This document shows, piece after piece, positions 1 to 16,339 of a stretch of 64,000 nt of DNA. The DNA is taken from NCBI RefSeq assembly GCF_009914755.1, contig NC_060927.1; one strand, written 5' to 3'. The stretch comes from the human T2T-CHM13v2.0 reference genome, Homo sapiens. Numbering within the stretch: the stretch's first letter is position 1; each line of letters begins with the position of its first letter. The notes below the pieces were generated by a model, which worked only from the letters and a program-made list of their open reading frames with translations, did not search any database and was not told the DNA's origin. The position numbers and the translations under genes were made by a program.

Positions 1-289
1 CAAGCACTTTAGTTATCCCCAGTTTAAAAGTTATATGGATGGGAACTTATTTGTATAGCCTCTGTCTCAATTTATCTGTGTAAATGGGCATTCCACACTA
101 GAGAATACCTTTGTTCACATGCCCATGTATGCAGGAGAACAGCTTTTCAGATTTTTTCTCATTTTATGCTTTTTTGCATGTCACAAACTCCACAAAACAG
201 TATCATCATTTGGTAATAGCAATATGCTTTATAAATAAATTAAAATTAAAAAGCAAAAATAAATATATAGACTTTGCATTTACCCAGAT

Positions 290-862
290 GAGGGCTAGCT
301 AAGTAATATTCAGGGCCCAAGGAAACATGAGAATTCAGGACTTTGTTACTCAAAAGGCAGGACAAACTTTTCCTTTCTACCACAATTTTTCTCTTGTAAC
401 CTGCCATGGTATTTTTTATTTGTTACTTTATGATGAGCTCCCTCTGGGTTAGGAATCTTATGAGGTGAATGCAGGTCCTCATAGATGCCCAGCACCCTGC
501 CCATTTCAGTGTGCAAGGCACAAACGCCTGACCCTGACCCTTCTTACATCAGCACTAAGACCTACCTGAGGGCAGAAGATAGCAGTGATTGCCAGATGCT
601 GATTTAGAATCCGGCAGCAGAGAACCTATCTTGTGTTCTTGAGGAAGTGTTGGGAAGTGGGACCACATGGGAGCTGAAACTCAAAGTCCCCAGGATTTCA
701 CATACAACAGAAAAATTTGAACATGAAATTATTAAGAAATTCCAGACAATGACCACAGAATATTAACTCCCAAGTACAGGGCTTCTTTCTGAGTGTGGAT
801 AGGAGAAGGCCAGAGGTGTCCTGTGCAACAGTATTGGTGCCATTCCCGTGAATCTGGCGCTG
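290..862 (-). mobile_element. MER45-family hAT-Tip100 non-autonomous DNA transposon
   Basis: Both ends resemble the reverse complement of MER45 termini (AGGGCTAGCTAAGTAATATTCAGGGCCC... and ...AATTATTAAGAAATTCCAGAC...CCCGTGAATCTGGCGCTG). Perfect 8-bp TSD ACCCAGAT at 282-289 and 863-870, the hAT hallmark. Confidence 0.85.
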
Positions 863-1399
863 ACCCAGATATTTACCATGTTTAATGTTCCTCATTTTTT
901 GGAGGAATTAATTTTTCATCTTGTCTTATCTTTTTTCATTCTGAAGATCCTCCTTTGAAATTTCTTAATGTACAGGTCTGCCGACAGCAGATTTTCTTTG
1001 TTACTTACAAAGCTCTGTATTTCTTCTCTTCCAAGCCAATATAAACTTTCTACCAAAGTATGACTACTTCTTTTCCCTTTCCAGTACTTTCAGGTAGTTG
1101 CTTTTTGTACTACGTCTCGGATGTTAGTTGTATTCTTCAGAAGAGGATCATCTGGGATTGTCTTAGTTTCTCATACCTGGAAGCAGGACTTGATAATGCT
1201 TTATTATTTGATCCAATTTTCTAGATGACCTCAGAAGGAATGTTAATATGAATTAACTCATTTTTCATTTTCAGAATCTGAAGACTCTGAACAACCACCA
1301 CCACCACCAAATATTGTATTGATTGCTTTTCTTCCACAGAACAATGGTTATGTAGTTTTTAATTTCATTTTTTCTACTGTAGACATCTTTTTGGGAACT

Positions 1400-1877
1400 A
1401 CCCCTTCATGACTTTAAGGCTGAATGTATGTTCTAGAAACCATGAAGATGGGTCTTATGCCTGATCAATAAAATTTCTCTAATCCATTGGTTATGTCCAT
1501 TTACTAAGAGATTGGTAGATAACCCAGACTGAGGCAAGGAGGAAAAATATCTCTTTTTTTTTCCTACCAATATCAATAGCTAAAAAGAATATGTGTCTTG
1601 AACCACTGTAGCTACTACTGCTAACACCGGGTGAGGGTCTGCCTAAGAATGACGTCAGCAGAAAGGGAGACAAGCCTCATATAAGTATTTGAAAGGATTT
1701 TCATTTATTGAAAGATAAATTCTGGTTATTCTATGAACTCCTCACTACAGTGGCACCAAAGCCAACATCAAGGCTCAAATTTCCCCAATATGTCAACCAA
1801 CAAATTCACTTTATTTATTTGTTTGCGATAGAAATGTATAGGTTTTGTCACATGCAATACACTAAGCTCTGAATAAT
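1400..1877 (+). mobile_element. Old MaLR LTR (MLT1K-like), degraded
   Basis: 3' end ...CCAACAAATTCACTTT...TAGGTTTTGTCACATGCAATAC...CTGAATAAT resembles the MLT1K terminus. 5' boundary approximate. Confidence 0.5.
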
Positions 1878-2850
1878 GAATTCTTGCATCTTAAACTGAG
1901 AGATGAAATCAAGGCAATTAGGCTTACAAGGAACATTTTTTGTTATTTTTTGTATACATAATTTAATAAAATGATACTATATAAACTAATTTGTAATCTG
2001 TTTACCTAATATATTGCACATGTTTTATAGTATATAATTTTTAATAAAAAAATCTCATGAAGCATTTAATATCCTCACCTTTCTTGATAATCATAGTTCA
2101 GCAACTACGCTATGTAAAAATGTGGTAATAATGTTGTTGAAATACTTTAATATTGTGGATTCATAAAGCAGGAAGATATGTTGTAAATAGTATTTATTAA
2201 ATTATTAAATATTTTATTGGTATAATATGCCCAAAGGTATAAACATACATTAATTGATACTCTGAAGCTATTAAATGTAAAGCCACATGTACAGTGTTCA
2301 CAAAGAAGAAATCTATAACCATTTATTAATAGGTAATGAAAAACTATTTTCTATTGATATGCAGAACATAGGGCAGTGGGATCTCTCTCTTTTTTTAAGC
2401 CAGTACTTTAAAATTTATATGTGATATCAACTAAGTGTCTCGTTTGCATTTGGATCATATCTCTTATGCTTTTTTATTGCTTAAAAACAAAGTTTAATGC
2501 TTTTTCTTTCTAGAATTAAAGGATAAATTATACATTTTACACCTCATGCAGGTGTTTTGGATAATCATTAGTTAATAATTCTTAACTACCATGATAGATT
2601 TATTTAAAAGCAGAGTACTGAGCATGTTGGGACGTTGTGAATAAAGCACACAAGTTTGCAGAATAACTGGGAAAGTAAGCATTGCCGTAGGAATATTGAC
2701 TCATTCTCACAGCAAATTACTATACATTAAAATGTATATTTTTTTTACAAAGGGAACCACAAGTTTAACATCCTTTTAGACCTCAGCAAACTCTTACAGA
2801 ATGTTTTTGAAGTCTTAATCAAAATATATAAAACAAAAGGTCAGAAATCT

Positions 2851-5695
<2,845 letters not shown>

Positions 5696-5839
5696 TTGTT
5701 TTGTTTTTAAAGTCAAGAAAGAAATCATGAGATGAAAGAATCTCGTCTTGATCTGGACATTACATAAGTATCAAGCAAAGTAATTTTTAAATGAGGATTC
5801 TTTCTCTAGATTGCTGAAAATAATATATAGCTTCCTGAT

Positions 5840-6245
5840 AGTGGCAAAGACTGTTGACTAGTCAATAACTTAATTTCATCTTATTTTAGAATTTAAAAAA
5901 AACACAATTATTATTTGGGACCATAATGAGTGAGCTCTGACTAGTCATAGAAAGGAAAACAGTAGTGAGGTGTACTTTTTTTCCACTCTGGCCCAGACAA
6001 AGCTCTCATGTAAGGTCCTGCGTAATCTTTACCATTCATTGGCTTAATAGAAACAGGCACAAAGAAAGCCATATGGTGAAGATAGCATAGTTACAGTAAA
6101 AGGGGCTGACATAATGAAACAATTACAAGAAAGCCTCTCAGAAAATCACTAGCATCACTCCAATATTTAAATAAGCTAAAACTAAACTTTTGTTACATTT
6201 TCCCACTAAGATATTGGAGTTTACCCATTACTCCAGGTAGTACTA
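5840..6245 (+). mobile_element. Old MaLR LTR (MLT1H/J-like), degraded
   Basis: End ...TAAACTTTTGTTACATTTTCCCACTAAGATATTGGAGTT... resembles MLT1 3' ends. Boundaries approximate. Confidence 0.45.
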
Positions 6246-7479
6246 TTTTTTGTTTGTTTGTTTTGTTTTACTATAAAACCATTCTTATTAGGGAGATTCC
6301 AAAATTAGTAAAACAATTACAGGAAAATCAAAATAATCAATCAGAAGCATTACATGGAGACAATTCAGGTAAAAGAGTTAGTATTCCAGAAAGAAAATGA
6401 GACTGACTCTTTGAACAGTCATAAGTGTCTCCCAGCATTCACTATATAGAATATAAACAAAAATAAGCAATTGACCGTTTAGATGGCAAGTTTATCATTT
6501 TAGCTTCTTAAAAACTTTCAAAATGAAATTTCTTACCATAATTGGTAGTAATATAAATTTCTATCACCTTAATTTTTTGATAGGAGAAATTGTTAAAACT
6601 CTAATTTGCAAATACTTGAAGCCAGTTTTACAATTTGCTTCTTCCTAAATTCTTTGTTCCAGTAAAACTTAAATATTTTATGTTTAGTTCTACAAGTTCA
6701 ACCTATAAAAAGCAAAGACAAATTACTATACCTATTCCCTTCACACAGGTAATTTTCAAAATTACAATCCAATATATTTAATTATCTGCAATTACTCTGA
6801 AATTGTTCTTCAAAAATAAAATGCATTATTGTAATAGGAAATCATACTTCAAATTTGAGAAGGGAAATTGCATCAGAAATGTTTATCGTTTATATTTGAT
6901 TTATTTGAGTACTAAACTGTTAACCTAAATTACACATTATATATCATGAAAATTGAGGTGTAGCCTAATTCTATTCAATTGTTTTGGATGGTTATCATGA
7001 AAGCCTGTGGCAGTTTTTTGCAGTCTCAGATAAAATATATCATTTTAATGGTGAACAAAAAAATGTGGCAAGGCCATTTTGATGCAGAGTTATTGATATT
7101 TAAAAAAAATCAACATCAAACAAGTGGGGTTTTTTGTTTTTTAATTATTAAAATGTATACACATCAAACTTCCATGATCCACATCCCATTAGTGATTACT
7201 CCCTAACCCTAAGCCTTAAGGTTAAGACTTAAGTATTGACTTAGAGTTGTGTTTAATGTTGAGCAGAGGGTTAGGAATGGGATAAGGATGTTATTTATTC
7301 ACATTACTTGTTAATAAGAATGCTTAAAAGTCTAGTAACCCAACCACATCCATTAACTCACCTTGGAGCCTCTACTTTCAAACTTATTCCAGGGAAGACC
7401 ACTTTTCACCACGTTTACTCCTCATTCTTGATCTACTTCCCATATTTTCTTTTCTGAACTACTATAAAAGCATCGTAAT

Positions 7480-7740
7480 TTATTGTCTTGCTTCAATCTT
7501 ACCTGCTGCAGCAAATCAACATAGAGGGTCCTTTAAATACATAAATTAATTCCAGTACCTTTAATACTCAAAATAGTCCGCTGACTTCCCACAAACTTGA
7601 AAAGAAGCCCAAACTGGATCTTGATGTCAAGGCCTCACTGATGATGAGAATAGGGTCACTGGCTACACCTCTAACCACACCATCTACGGCTCTTTTCCTT
7701 CTTTATTCTAAAAGAGCCACACTGGCCTTCTTACTGTTTC
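7480..7740 (+). mobile_element. L2 fragment
   Basis: L2 3' motifs (...CTCAAAA...CTTCCCA...AAGCCCAAACT...CACACTGGCCTTCTTACTGTTTC). Continues at about 9050 after an L1 insertion. Confidence 0.6.
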
Positions 7741-9040
7741 TTTTTTTAAACTGCTTTATTGAAGCAAACATTACATACCGTAAGATTCCATCCTTTTTTT
7801 TTTTTTTTTTGAGACGGGGTCTCATCATTCTGTCACCCAGGCTGGAGTGCAGTGGTGCCAGCATGGCTCACTGCAGCCTCAACCTCCAGGGCTCAAGAAA
7901 TCCTCCTGAGTAGCTGAGACTATGGGTGCACGCCACCATGCCTGGCTAATTTTCTGATTTTTTGTTAAGATGAGGTCTCACTGTATTGCATAGGCTGCTC
8001 TTGAATTCCTGGGCTCGAGTGATCCTCCTACTTTGGCCTCCCATTGTGCTGGGTTTACAGGCATGAGCCATCATGCCCGGCCCATTCACTTTAAGTGTAC
8101 ATTTGTTTTAGTAAATTTATACTATTCTGCAAATATTAACTCTGTCTTGTCTTAGAACACTTCCTTTATTTCAAAAAATTTATCTTGTGCTCATTTTCAG
8201 TTAATTATTCTCCCACTGACAGTTCCAAGTGACTGCTGATATGCTTTCTACATCTCTAGTTTTCCCTTTTGTGATAATGGAATATAACAGAATCATACAA
8301 TATAAATAAGCTGTTTACATCTGGCTTCTTTCATTTCGCATAACATTTTTGAGGCCTGTCTATGCTGTAGTATATATGTCATTCATTCCATTTTATAGGC
8401 ATGCTACATTTGTGTATCCATTCACCGCTTTATTGACCTTTGAATTTTCTCATTATTGCCTATTTTGAATAATGCTCCTATGAACATTAATATCCAAGTC
8501 TTCGTATGAACATATATTTACATTGTTCTCTAGTAGATTTTATTTCACATTCAATAAAGTTCCTAGTTATCAAATAGTTATGTGACATGTGTATTTAACT
8601 TTTTAAGAAACTGCCAAACTGTTTTTCAAAGCAGATATGCCATTTCACATTCCCACCAGCAATATATGAAAGTCCAGTTTCTCCACATTCATGCAACACT
8701 TGATACTGTTAGTTGTTTTCATTATAGTTATTCTAGTGAATATATATGGTATTTCATTGTGGTTTAATTTATGTCTCTCTAATAATTACTTAGGTTTAGA
8801 ATCTTTTTATGTATTCAGTTACCATTGGTATATCCTCTTTGGTAAAGTGTCTGAAATATTTTGCTCATTTTTTGAAAACTGGATTGTTTGTCTCCTTGTT
8901 ATTAACTCGTACGTGCTCTTTGTACATTTTGAATATGCAGTTTCAAGCACATAAAATTTTGCAATTATTTTCTATTCATCTGTAGCTTCTCTTCATGTTC
9001 TTACATTTTATTAATTGCATTTTTTTTAACTTTGAAGAAG
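7741..9040 (-). mobile_element. L1M (L1MD/ME-like) 3' end
   Basis: Reverse L1 3' end (TTTTAAACTGCTTTATTGAAG...; TTTAAGAAACTGCCAAACTGTTTTTCAAAG...CATTCCCACCAGCAATATATGA). Contains an AluJ. Confidence 0.85.
7794..8082 (-). mobile_element. AluJ
   Basis: Reverse Alu with J-type features (GCAGCCTCAACCTCC, GGGCTCAAG, CCTGGGCTCGAGTGATCCTCC). Confidence 0.93.
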
Positions 9041-9229
9041 TCTTCACTACTTTTTGAACAAACTAAATGAGACTTAACTTCCTTACTCTTCATTTTGCTG
9101 AAAAAGCTCTGTCTCTGGCTCTCACTCCCTCATTTTCTTCAAGTCTCAGCTCAAATGTCACTTTCTCAGAGAGTTCTTTATCTGATATGCTTTATTTTGT
9201 GGACATTAGTGCTATCTAACCAACATATT

Positions 9230-9551
9230 TAGGCTTCCCCACTTCCTGGGTACCCTGTGGTTGGGTAGAGCATGCGACTAGTTTTGGGCAATGAGTTACA
9301 AGTAGAAATGAGACATGTCACATTTCCCGGTTCTAGTCCCTCCAGAATTTTCTTTTCCCTGAAGCACAATGACAAACAACAGTCAAGGTGGTGCCTGTTT
9401 CTTCACCCTGGGTCTATGAGTAATTTCAATAAGCAGAGCCCGGTGCTCTGTTTATACCAATGTACATATGGTATAAACAGGAAAAAATCTTTGTTTATAA
9501 AGACAGTAAATTTTAGAGGTGTATTTGTTACCACAGCATATTCTGATTGAC
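9230..9551 (+). mobile_element. MaLR LTR (MLT1I/J-like)
   Basis: ...CATGCGACTAGTTTTGGGCAATGAG...GTAGAAATGAGACATGTCAC... and ...TTTGTTACCACAGCATA...TGACA. Flanked by L2 pieces at about 9050-9220 and 9640-9730. Confidence 0.65.
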
Positions 9552-10299
9552 ATGCCTTCCTGAATAACTTTCCTATGGAAATTCTCTATCCACTTACACT
9601 GACCTAGAACCTGACATATGTCTGCCTTGCCTTCCAGCACAGAAATTCTATTAAGGTAGGGATATCGTTTGATTCACTGCTATACCTGTACACCTAAAAC
9701 AGCCTTGCACATAATAAATACTTGTGAAATATATGTCAAGTAAAAATATGGCCTAACATCAAGAAAGATGTGCTAAATTAGACATATCAAAACAAAACAT
9801 AGTCTTTAAAACAACATGCAAGAATATTGCCAGATTTTATTTTCTTCTGATTGTTTGTTCAAAGCAGCAAAGTTTGATTGTATCTAGAATTGGACTTCCA
9901 TTGCTAAAAGTTTTTATCTTTGATAAAACTTATAAATAAAACACTAAATGGAAAATTATTTAATTCCTCTAAGACTGCTACTCTAGGCACTCTATACATT
10001 GCTTGCTAAGTGGAGAACTTGGGCCAATGCTTACAAATGTAAACACCTATTAGTCTTGCATTATGTTTTAATCAACACTCACCAAGGAATTATATTCTTA
10101 GCTAGACATGGCAAGGCATGATTTTACCTTGATGTGTCAGCATTTCTATTTATCTATTTCTTCATAGCCTGCTAACCCCCTCTGTGTCCCATATCAATTT
10201 GTAATAGATTGATCATGTCAACTACTCTTTTCCCCCTTCCATTATAAATGAGTGTCTTGACTAGACCAGAGAAGGAATATAGACGTTGCTGTTGTATAA

Positions 10300-10751
10300 A
10301 GTTAAGACCTCAACCTTATGCCTATTCCGACCATAGTCACATACGACCTTCCCTCCTCAGGACTGCACACTTTAGGCACAATCTTCCTGCACTGATCCCC
10401 TCCCATGAACCTTGGCTCACTTCCTCAGTTTCATCATATATTGGCTCAAATTTGTCCTTCATTACAGGCAATCCCTACTCACTCTATGTCAAATTTAAAA
10501 CCATCCTCATTCTTGACACAACTTAATACCACTTCCTTATTTTATTTTTCTCTTTAGCACTTATTTTTATTTTTCTCTTTACTATCTGGTATGTTATTTC
10601 TTGAATATTTAATTATTTATTCTATAATCACTGTGGAGAAAAAGATATCTGAATTTACAAATATTTGCATCTCTCTCTTTTTTGAACATTATGCCTATGT
10701 CATTGCCTGGTGCATTGTGAAAAATGAATACATATTTGTTGAATGAATGAA
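10300..10751 (+). mobile_element. L2a 3' end
   Basis: Typical L2a tail ...TGCCTGGTGCAT...ATATTTGTTGAATGAATGAA. Confidence 0.7.
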
Positions 10752-11876
10752 CCAACTTACTCTAATAAGGACTAGGAATCTCCCTGAAGGAGTGGACAGA
10801 GAAGATGAGGACAAAAGGCTTTTTACAATGATGTCCAGGTCTATACAAATATTTCTAATATACTGGGATACCCTAACAGAGGAAAAATTGCAGTTTATAT
10901 TGAGCAAAAACTCATTATAAGGAAAGATACTATGACAAGGACTAAGAACATGATTCAGTGACAAAGACTGAGATTAGCCATCAGTGGTAGTTGTGCTTCA
11001 GCATAAAACCCACCTTGGTTATCAGTAGTAGCTCATGGATATTGAAAGAGGTGCACCACACTTATATATATAACACTTAGAGCACTTATGAAGCTAAAGC
11101 TTCCCCCTCACTTCATTAAAACTACTATGAGCAAGTCAAGCCTCCATATCCATAAGTGGTATCTAGTATCAGTGACAGGTGGCTGATTTTAAACTCTACC
11201 AGCACCAGATCTGTAGAGATGCAACAGAACTATATTCCACCACTACCTGGGTTTTGCTTCATAAAGGAAGAAATGTTATGGCTTGTGTAAAATTGATATT
11301 GCAGAGCGCACACCTGACTAACTGTGAAAGTGACAGAAAAATTCACCATTGACTATTGGCATTCTGAAGCTCAAGTAATCTTATTGTGCAAGCCCCACGG
11401 AAGAGTAATGAAAAAGGCAAATTCTCCTTCCCACTTCTTATTTGTGACAACTAAATATACATGACTGAAGCACAACAGTTGGTGTCTGGTTCCACTGGCA
11501 CTGGGAATGTTTTCTTTCGAGATATACACATATGTACAATATATAAATATGGGTGGCAATTGGTAGTCTTAATGATGGAAACAACATTCTAGCTGAGGGA
11601 GCACTTCTGTGGAATGTTAGAGACTCCTAGTATGATTATCTACACTTAGCATCAATGAACAATAATCAAAACAAAACTGCAGGCATTCAAGATTCTTGAA
11701 ATTACTTGAGGAAAAAAACCTCTGGAATAAAAATCAGTATCCCTTCAATCATGGAGAAAATGGCAAAGAACTTTTTATATTTGGAAGTCAAAAATGTCGC
11801 CACCAACTGGTGAAATACAATAGAAATCACAACAAATTCTCAGGGATCTATGCTTGAAATCTCCCTCTCTTTCTCT

Positions 11877-11965
11877 GTGTGTGTATATATATATGTACAT
11901 ATATACACACACATACTCACGTATATATACACATATGTATATGTATATCTATATCTATATATATA
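11877..11965. repeat. (TG/TA/CA)n mixed dinucleotide microsatellite
   Basis: Directly visible; lies at the tail of the adjacent FLAM. Confidence 0.9.
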
Positions 11966-12083
11966 CTTTTAGAGATGGGGTCTTGCTCTGTTGCTCAGGC
12001 TGGTCTTGAACTCCTGGATTTAAGAAATCCTCCTGCCTTGGTCTCCCTAAAGGGATTATAGGCATGAGCCATCACACCTGACC
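11966..12083 (-). mobile_element. FLAM_C-like Alu monomer
   Basis: Single about 120-bp left-arm monomer (TTTAGAGATGGGGTCTTGCTCTGTTGCTCAGGCTGGTCTTGAACTCCTGG...CACACCTGACC). Confidence 0.85.
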
Positions 12084-15000
12084 TATAGTTTATATTTTAA
12101 GCATAGGGTTTTTATGAACTAAATTTTTATAACCTGGCTGCCATCAATGCTAACTTTCCACTGTACACATACAGGCAATATAAAATTTTAAGACAGCATG
12201 ATCTTCAGTTTAGTACTGGAAAATATATTTGTACTTATTATCTATTTTCTTCAGGAATGGTTGCAAAATCTTGTCTGCTGTGGCATACGGGGTCGTGGCA
12301 GGAGGCTTAAAAATATCCTGAAGTTTTGGATCGGAAAATTAAGACTTCCAGGCAAGTACCATTATGTAGTCTTCCTCACTGGAGAGAAATTATTACTGCA
12401 ATAGCTTCTATGCCACAGGCTATTAAATGATGTCACTAAGTGTTCCAGTCATCAAATTGTTTTCTGCTTTATCATTTAATTCTGTGTTTGTTAGTCTGGC
12501 ACAGAAGAGGAGAAAGTAATATTATTACTTACCTCCCCTCTCAATTGGGATTCATCCCCCATGCTGAAATCTACACCACCACTATTAATGATTATACCAA
12601 TACAGAGCAAAGTATAGTCAACTCAGAGTTTCCCTTGTATGGATACTCTACCTTGAAGACAATCTAGATAAATTGTAGCCATTCAACCAACCTGATTATT
12701 TCTAGGCATACAGAGTTAATTTCCTATTTTTCTCTGCCCTATTCTTGTATGTGCAAACTCTAGCCCCTTGAAAATGCATTCAAGAGTTAAAGTTACATGA
12801 CATTGGAATGAGATTCAAATGTAGACTACAGAAGACCTCAAACTCAAATGATTGAGTAAATCCAAAGTCGAACCAAAAAATCTGGAGTCTAAAATGCCAG
12901 AGGGAGATTTATGCAGTCACCACATCCGACTCACCTACAGGGCAAGGAAAAAAAGGATTTCGTAAAATTTTTCTAAAGATGCAAATAAAGAGTGAACATA
13001 CTTTTTAAAAAATATGAGCTGTTTCTTCAATGTGATTTTATTAAGAGACTGAACTACTGTTGTGTATAGGGATGATAGTCATACCAAAGAAATCCAAAAA
13101 GAAAGAAATATGATTTGGGAACTTTAAAAAGATAACAGAAAATATTGCAATGTTTTGTATTATACATTCTTCTTCTACACTGAAGTAAATAATCCAGAAC
13201 TGGTGTTTTAAACCTGTCCTACACCACTACACTTTCCAAAATAAATGTTTGTATTAATATGTGATTAGACAATATAAACTTTCCCATTTGCAGACTCTGT
13301 AATACATTTTAATAGAAAGATGTAAATTTGACTAAAAAATGAGAGTTCATGTTTTTAAAAAGTTCATGTTGTTTTTAAAAGCCTTTCATCAAAAATTATT
13401 TGAAATGGAGAACTTTAAAACTATTTAAAATGTATGGGTGTCCTCAGGTTTAAAAATGCATGTACATAATTTTTTTTCTGTTAAGTAACCAATTATTCTG
13501 CTTTAAAGAAAGAGTCAGTGAAGAGGCTCAAATAATAGCTCAGTTCATTTCACATAATTAAAAATAACCATATTTTACAACATATATATGCTTAGTTAAA
13601 TTTCAAGCATTATCTAAAACCTTATTCCCAGCTATTGTCATAGCAAATCGGACTCTGTTTACTCCTACACATATTCACCATGTTGCTAATGAGAAAGGGA
13701 CACTACAAAGGTAAATATTAGGTGCCACAGTTCACACTACCATTTAAAAATAGAAATATGGAGGTGCAGCCAACATTAGAAGTCACCCAATGCCATCACT
13801 CATGAGTACTTAAGTAGGCACTTTCATGTGACATTAGCCCTTCTCTGTGGTTTAAATTCCATAGGATGATTACAGGAGAAGGAAGCCTCTCAGCAAGCCA
13901 GATTGCTGCTTTCATCCCAGTTAGATTGCTGCTTTCATCCCCTCATTTCATAATAATCCACTATAATGAATTCACAGTAAAGATTCATAATAGATGCATA
14001 GCAGCTGCCTTTTCAAACTTAAAATCTCTACTTTAAAAAATTCTGCCCTATTAGAGATGACAGAATTATGTATTTATAAAATATCACAAAACTGATTTAT
14101 GGTTTGTATTAACAAAATAACAACCAATTTCTTGTCAAATATTTCTACTCCTAAGATTTCAACTAAAATATATATTTTTAAAAGGGAAAGAAAAGCCCTG
14201 AATCTGTGACTCTGATTCATTTAACATCAACTGATTTAAACGTGAAATTATGAGACACATTTGTTCATGAGATCTTCTGTTGTCTCAATATTTCATATGA
14301 TCATGACTATTTTTGCCCATATAAAGCTAATAGTTTCATGCTGACAGCTACAGAAAATAATTGATGTTACCTTTAAAGCTTTAAAAAAGGTCTAAATTTT
14401 GATAATTCACCCTGGGATCAATTTCTACAAGGAAATGTATTATGTCTGAAGCTTTTGAGACATTGTGATTTATAGAAATTATGATCTTTCTCAGTAATTT
14501 TTCTCTAAAAATCATATAGATTATTGAATAGAATCAATGGAGGTAAAAGACAAGTTCCTAATCTTAAACCACTGATCTCTTTGTATTATCTTCTTAAAAA
14601 AGATTCAAAAATAATATGTTTCCAATGAATATATTGTGTCACGATTATCACATTCATAAAGGTGACAACATTGCTTAGTCACATACATGGTTGCCATGGT
14701 TATACAGAAAAAAACTGTAGTTACACACCAACATGTTGATAGAGACTGTTTCTGGGTTGTTAATCTTTGCTTTCTATATTGTCTCTCATTTGTTTGTTCG
14801 TTTCTAAATTGAAAATGTATAACACAAAAAATAAAAATTGTAAGTTCATCTAGTCATCTACATATTAAAATAGCCTAACAAAACTAGTTTAGAGATTTGG
14901 ATACACCCCCTAACGAACATGAAAAATGTAAATATACAGCAAGACCCTTCAGACTTTCCACTAACTGTAAAGTCTTAGCCTGGGAGATGAATAAAACATA

Positions 15001-15674
15001 AAATGCTACTAATTCACTTGAAAATGGAAAACTAACTAAGACACTGAAAATAATTATATCAAAAAAGTGACTCATAAAGGATGAAGAATATGCTTAGTTT
15101 TCATACTATCCAAACTTTCCTATGTTATAGTTTGCACCTCTGTTTGTTGCACAAAGAGTTCAGAATTTTGTGCTGGCAGACAAACATTTCAGGATTTACC
15201 ATTTTTAGATTTTGCTGTAATATTTTTTAAGTGAATATAAAACAACAACAGAAAAGAATATGTTGTTCTAGTGATAAAAAATATGTCTCGTAAACTTCGT
15301 ATAATTGAGATAATGATTGCAATCATCAGGTGTGTCAAATGTGAAAATCATTAGGTGTGAAAAAACCAGTCATAAGACTTAAGCTTGTCAAATATGGATT
15401 TAAATGCGAATTAAAAGAACAAAATTAAAGCACAGGAATGAAAGCCTGGCTATATCATCAAACATCCTCAAAGGTGAGGTATAATTAAGTAAATTATAAT
15501 ATTTTTAGTCTTCTCAGTAAAGAATGTTCTTTGTATAACGTGAAAATATATTTTTCTGACATATTTAAATTTCCATTACATTTGCAAGTAGGCTCAAGGA
15601 AATACTGCTATATAAGTGTGTTGAGAATGAAATTACCCCACTACTGCCTTGCAAGTTATGTATTTGTTTGTCAA

Positions 15675-16114
<440 letters not shown>

Positions 16115-16339
16115 CCATTATACCATTCTTTATTCAAATCAAACAAATAAAAATTGTTTAAGATACAGATTTTCAATATCTAGTGAATTTTAAGAAGAAT
16201 CAATGAAATTACTAGTAAACACATGGAATATCAAATCTGAAGGAATCTTGGAAGTTATCTAATCCATACATCGCATTTAGTGACTAAAGTACTGAAAGAG
16301 TTATCTGAAAGATCAAAGGATATAAAGAAGGGGGTAATG

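Noticed and set aside
10760-11600. Unassigned moderately GC-rich stretch, possibly an ancient repeat or exon
   Set aside because: I could not match it to a family or find paired splice signals.
11797-11812. CTCF-like motif (minus strand CACCAGTTGGTGGCGA)
   Set aside because: Mismatch at a core position; cannot be supported without ChIP data.
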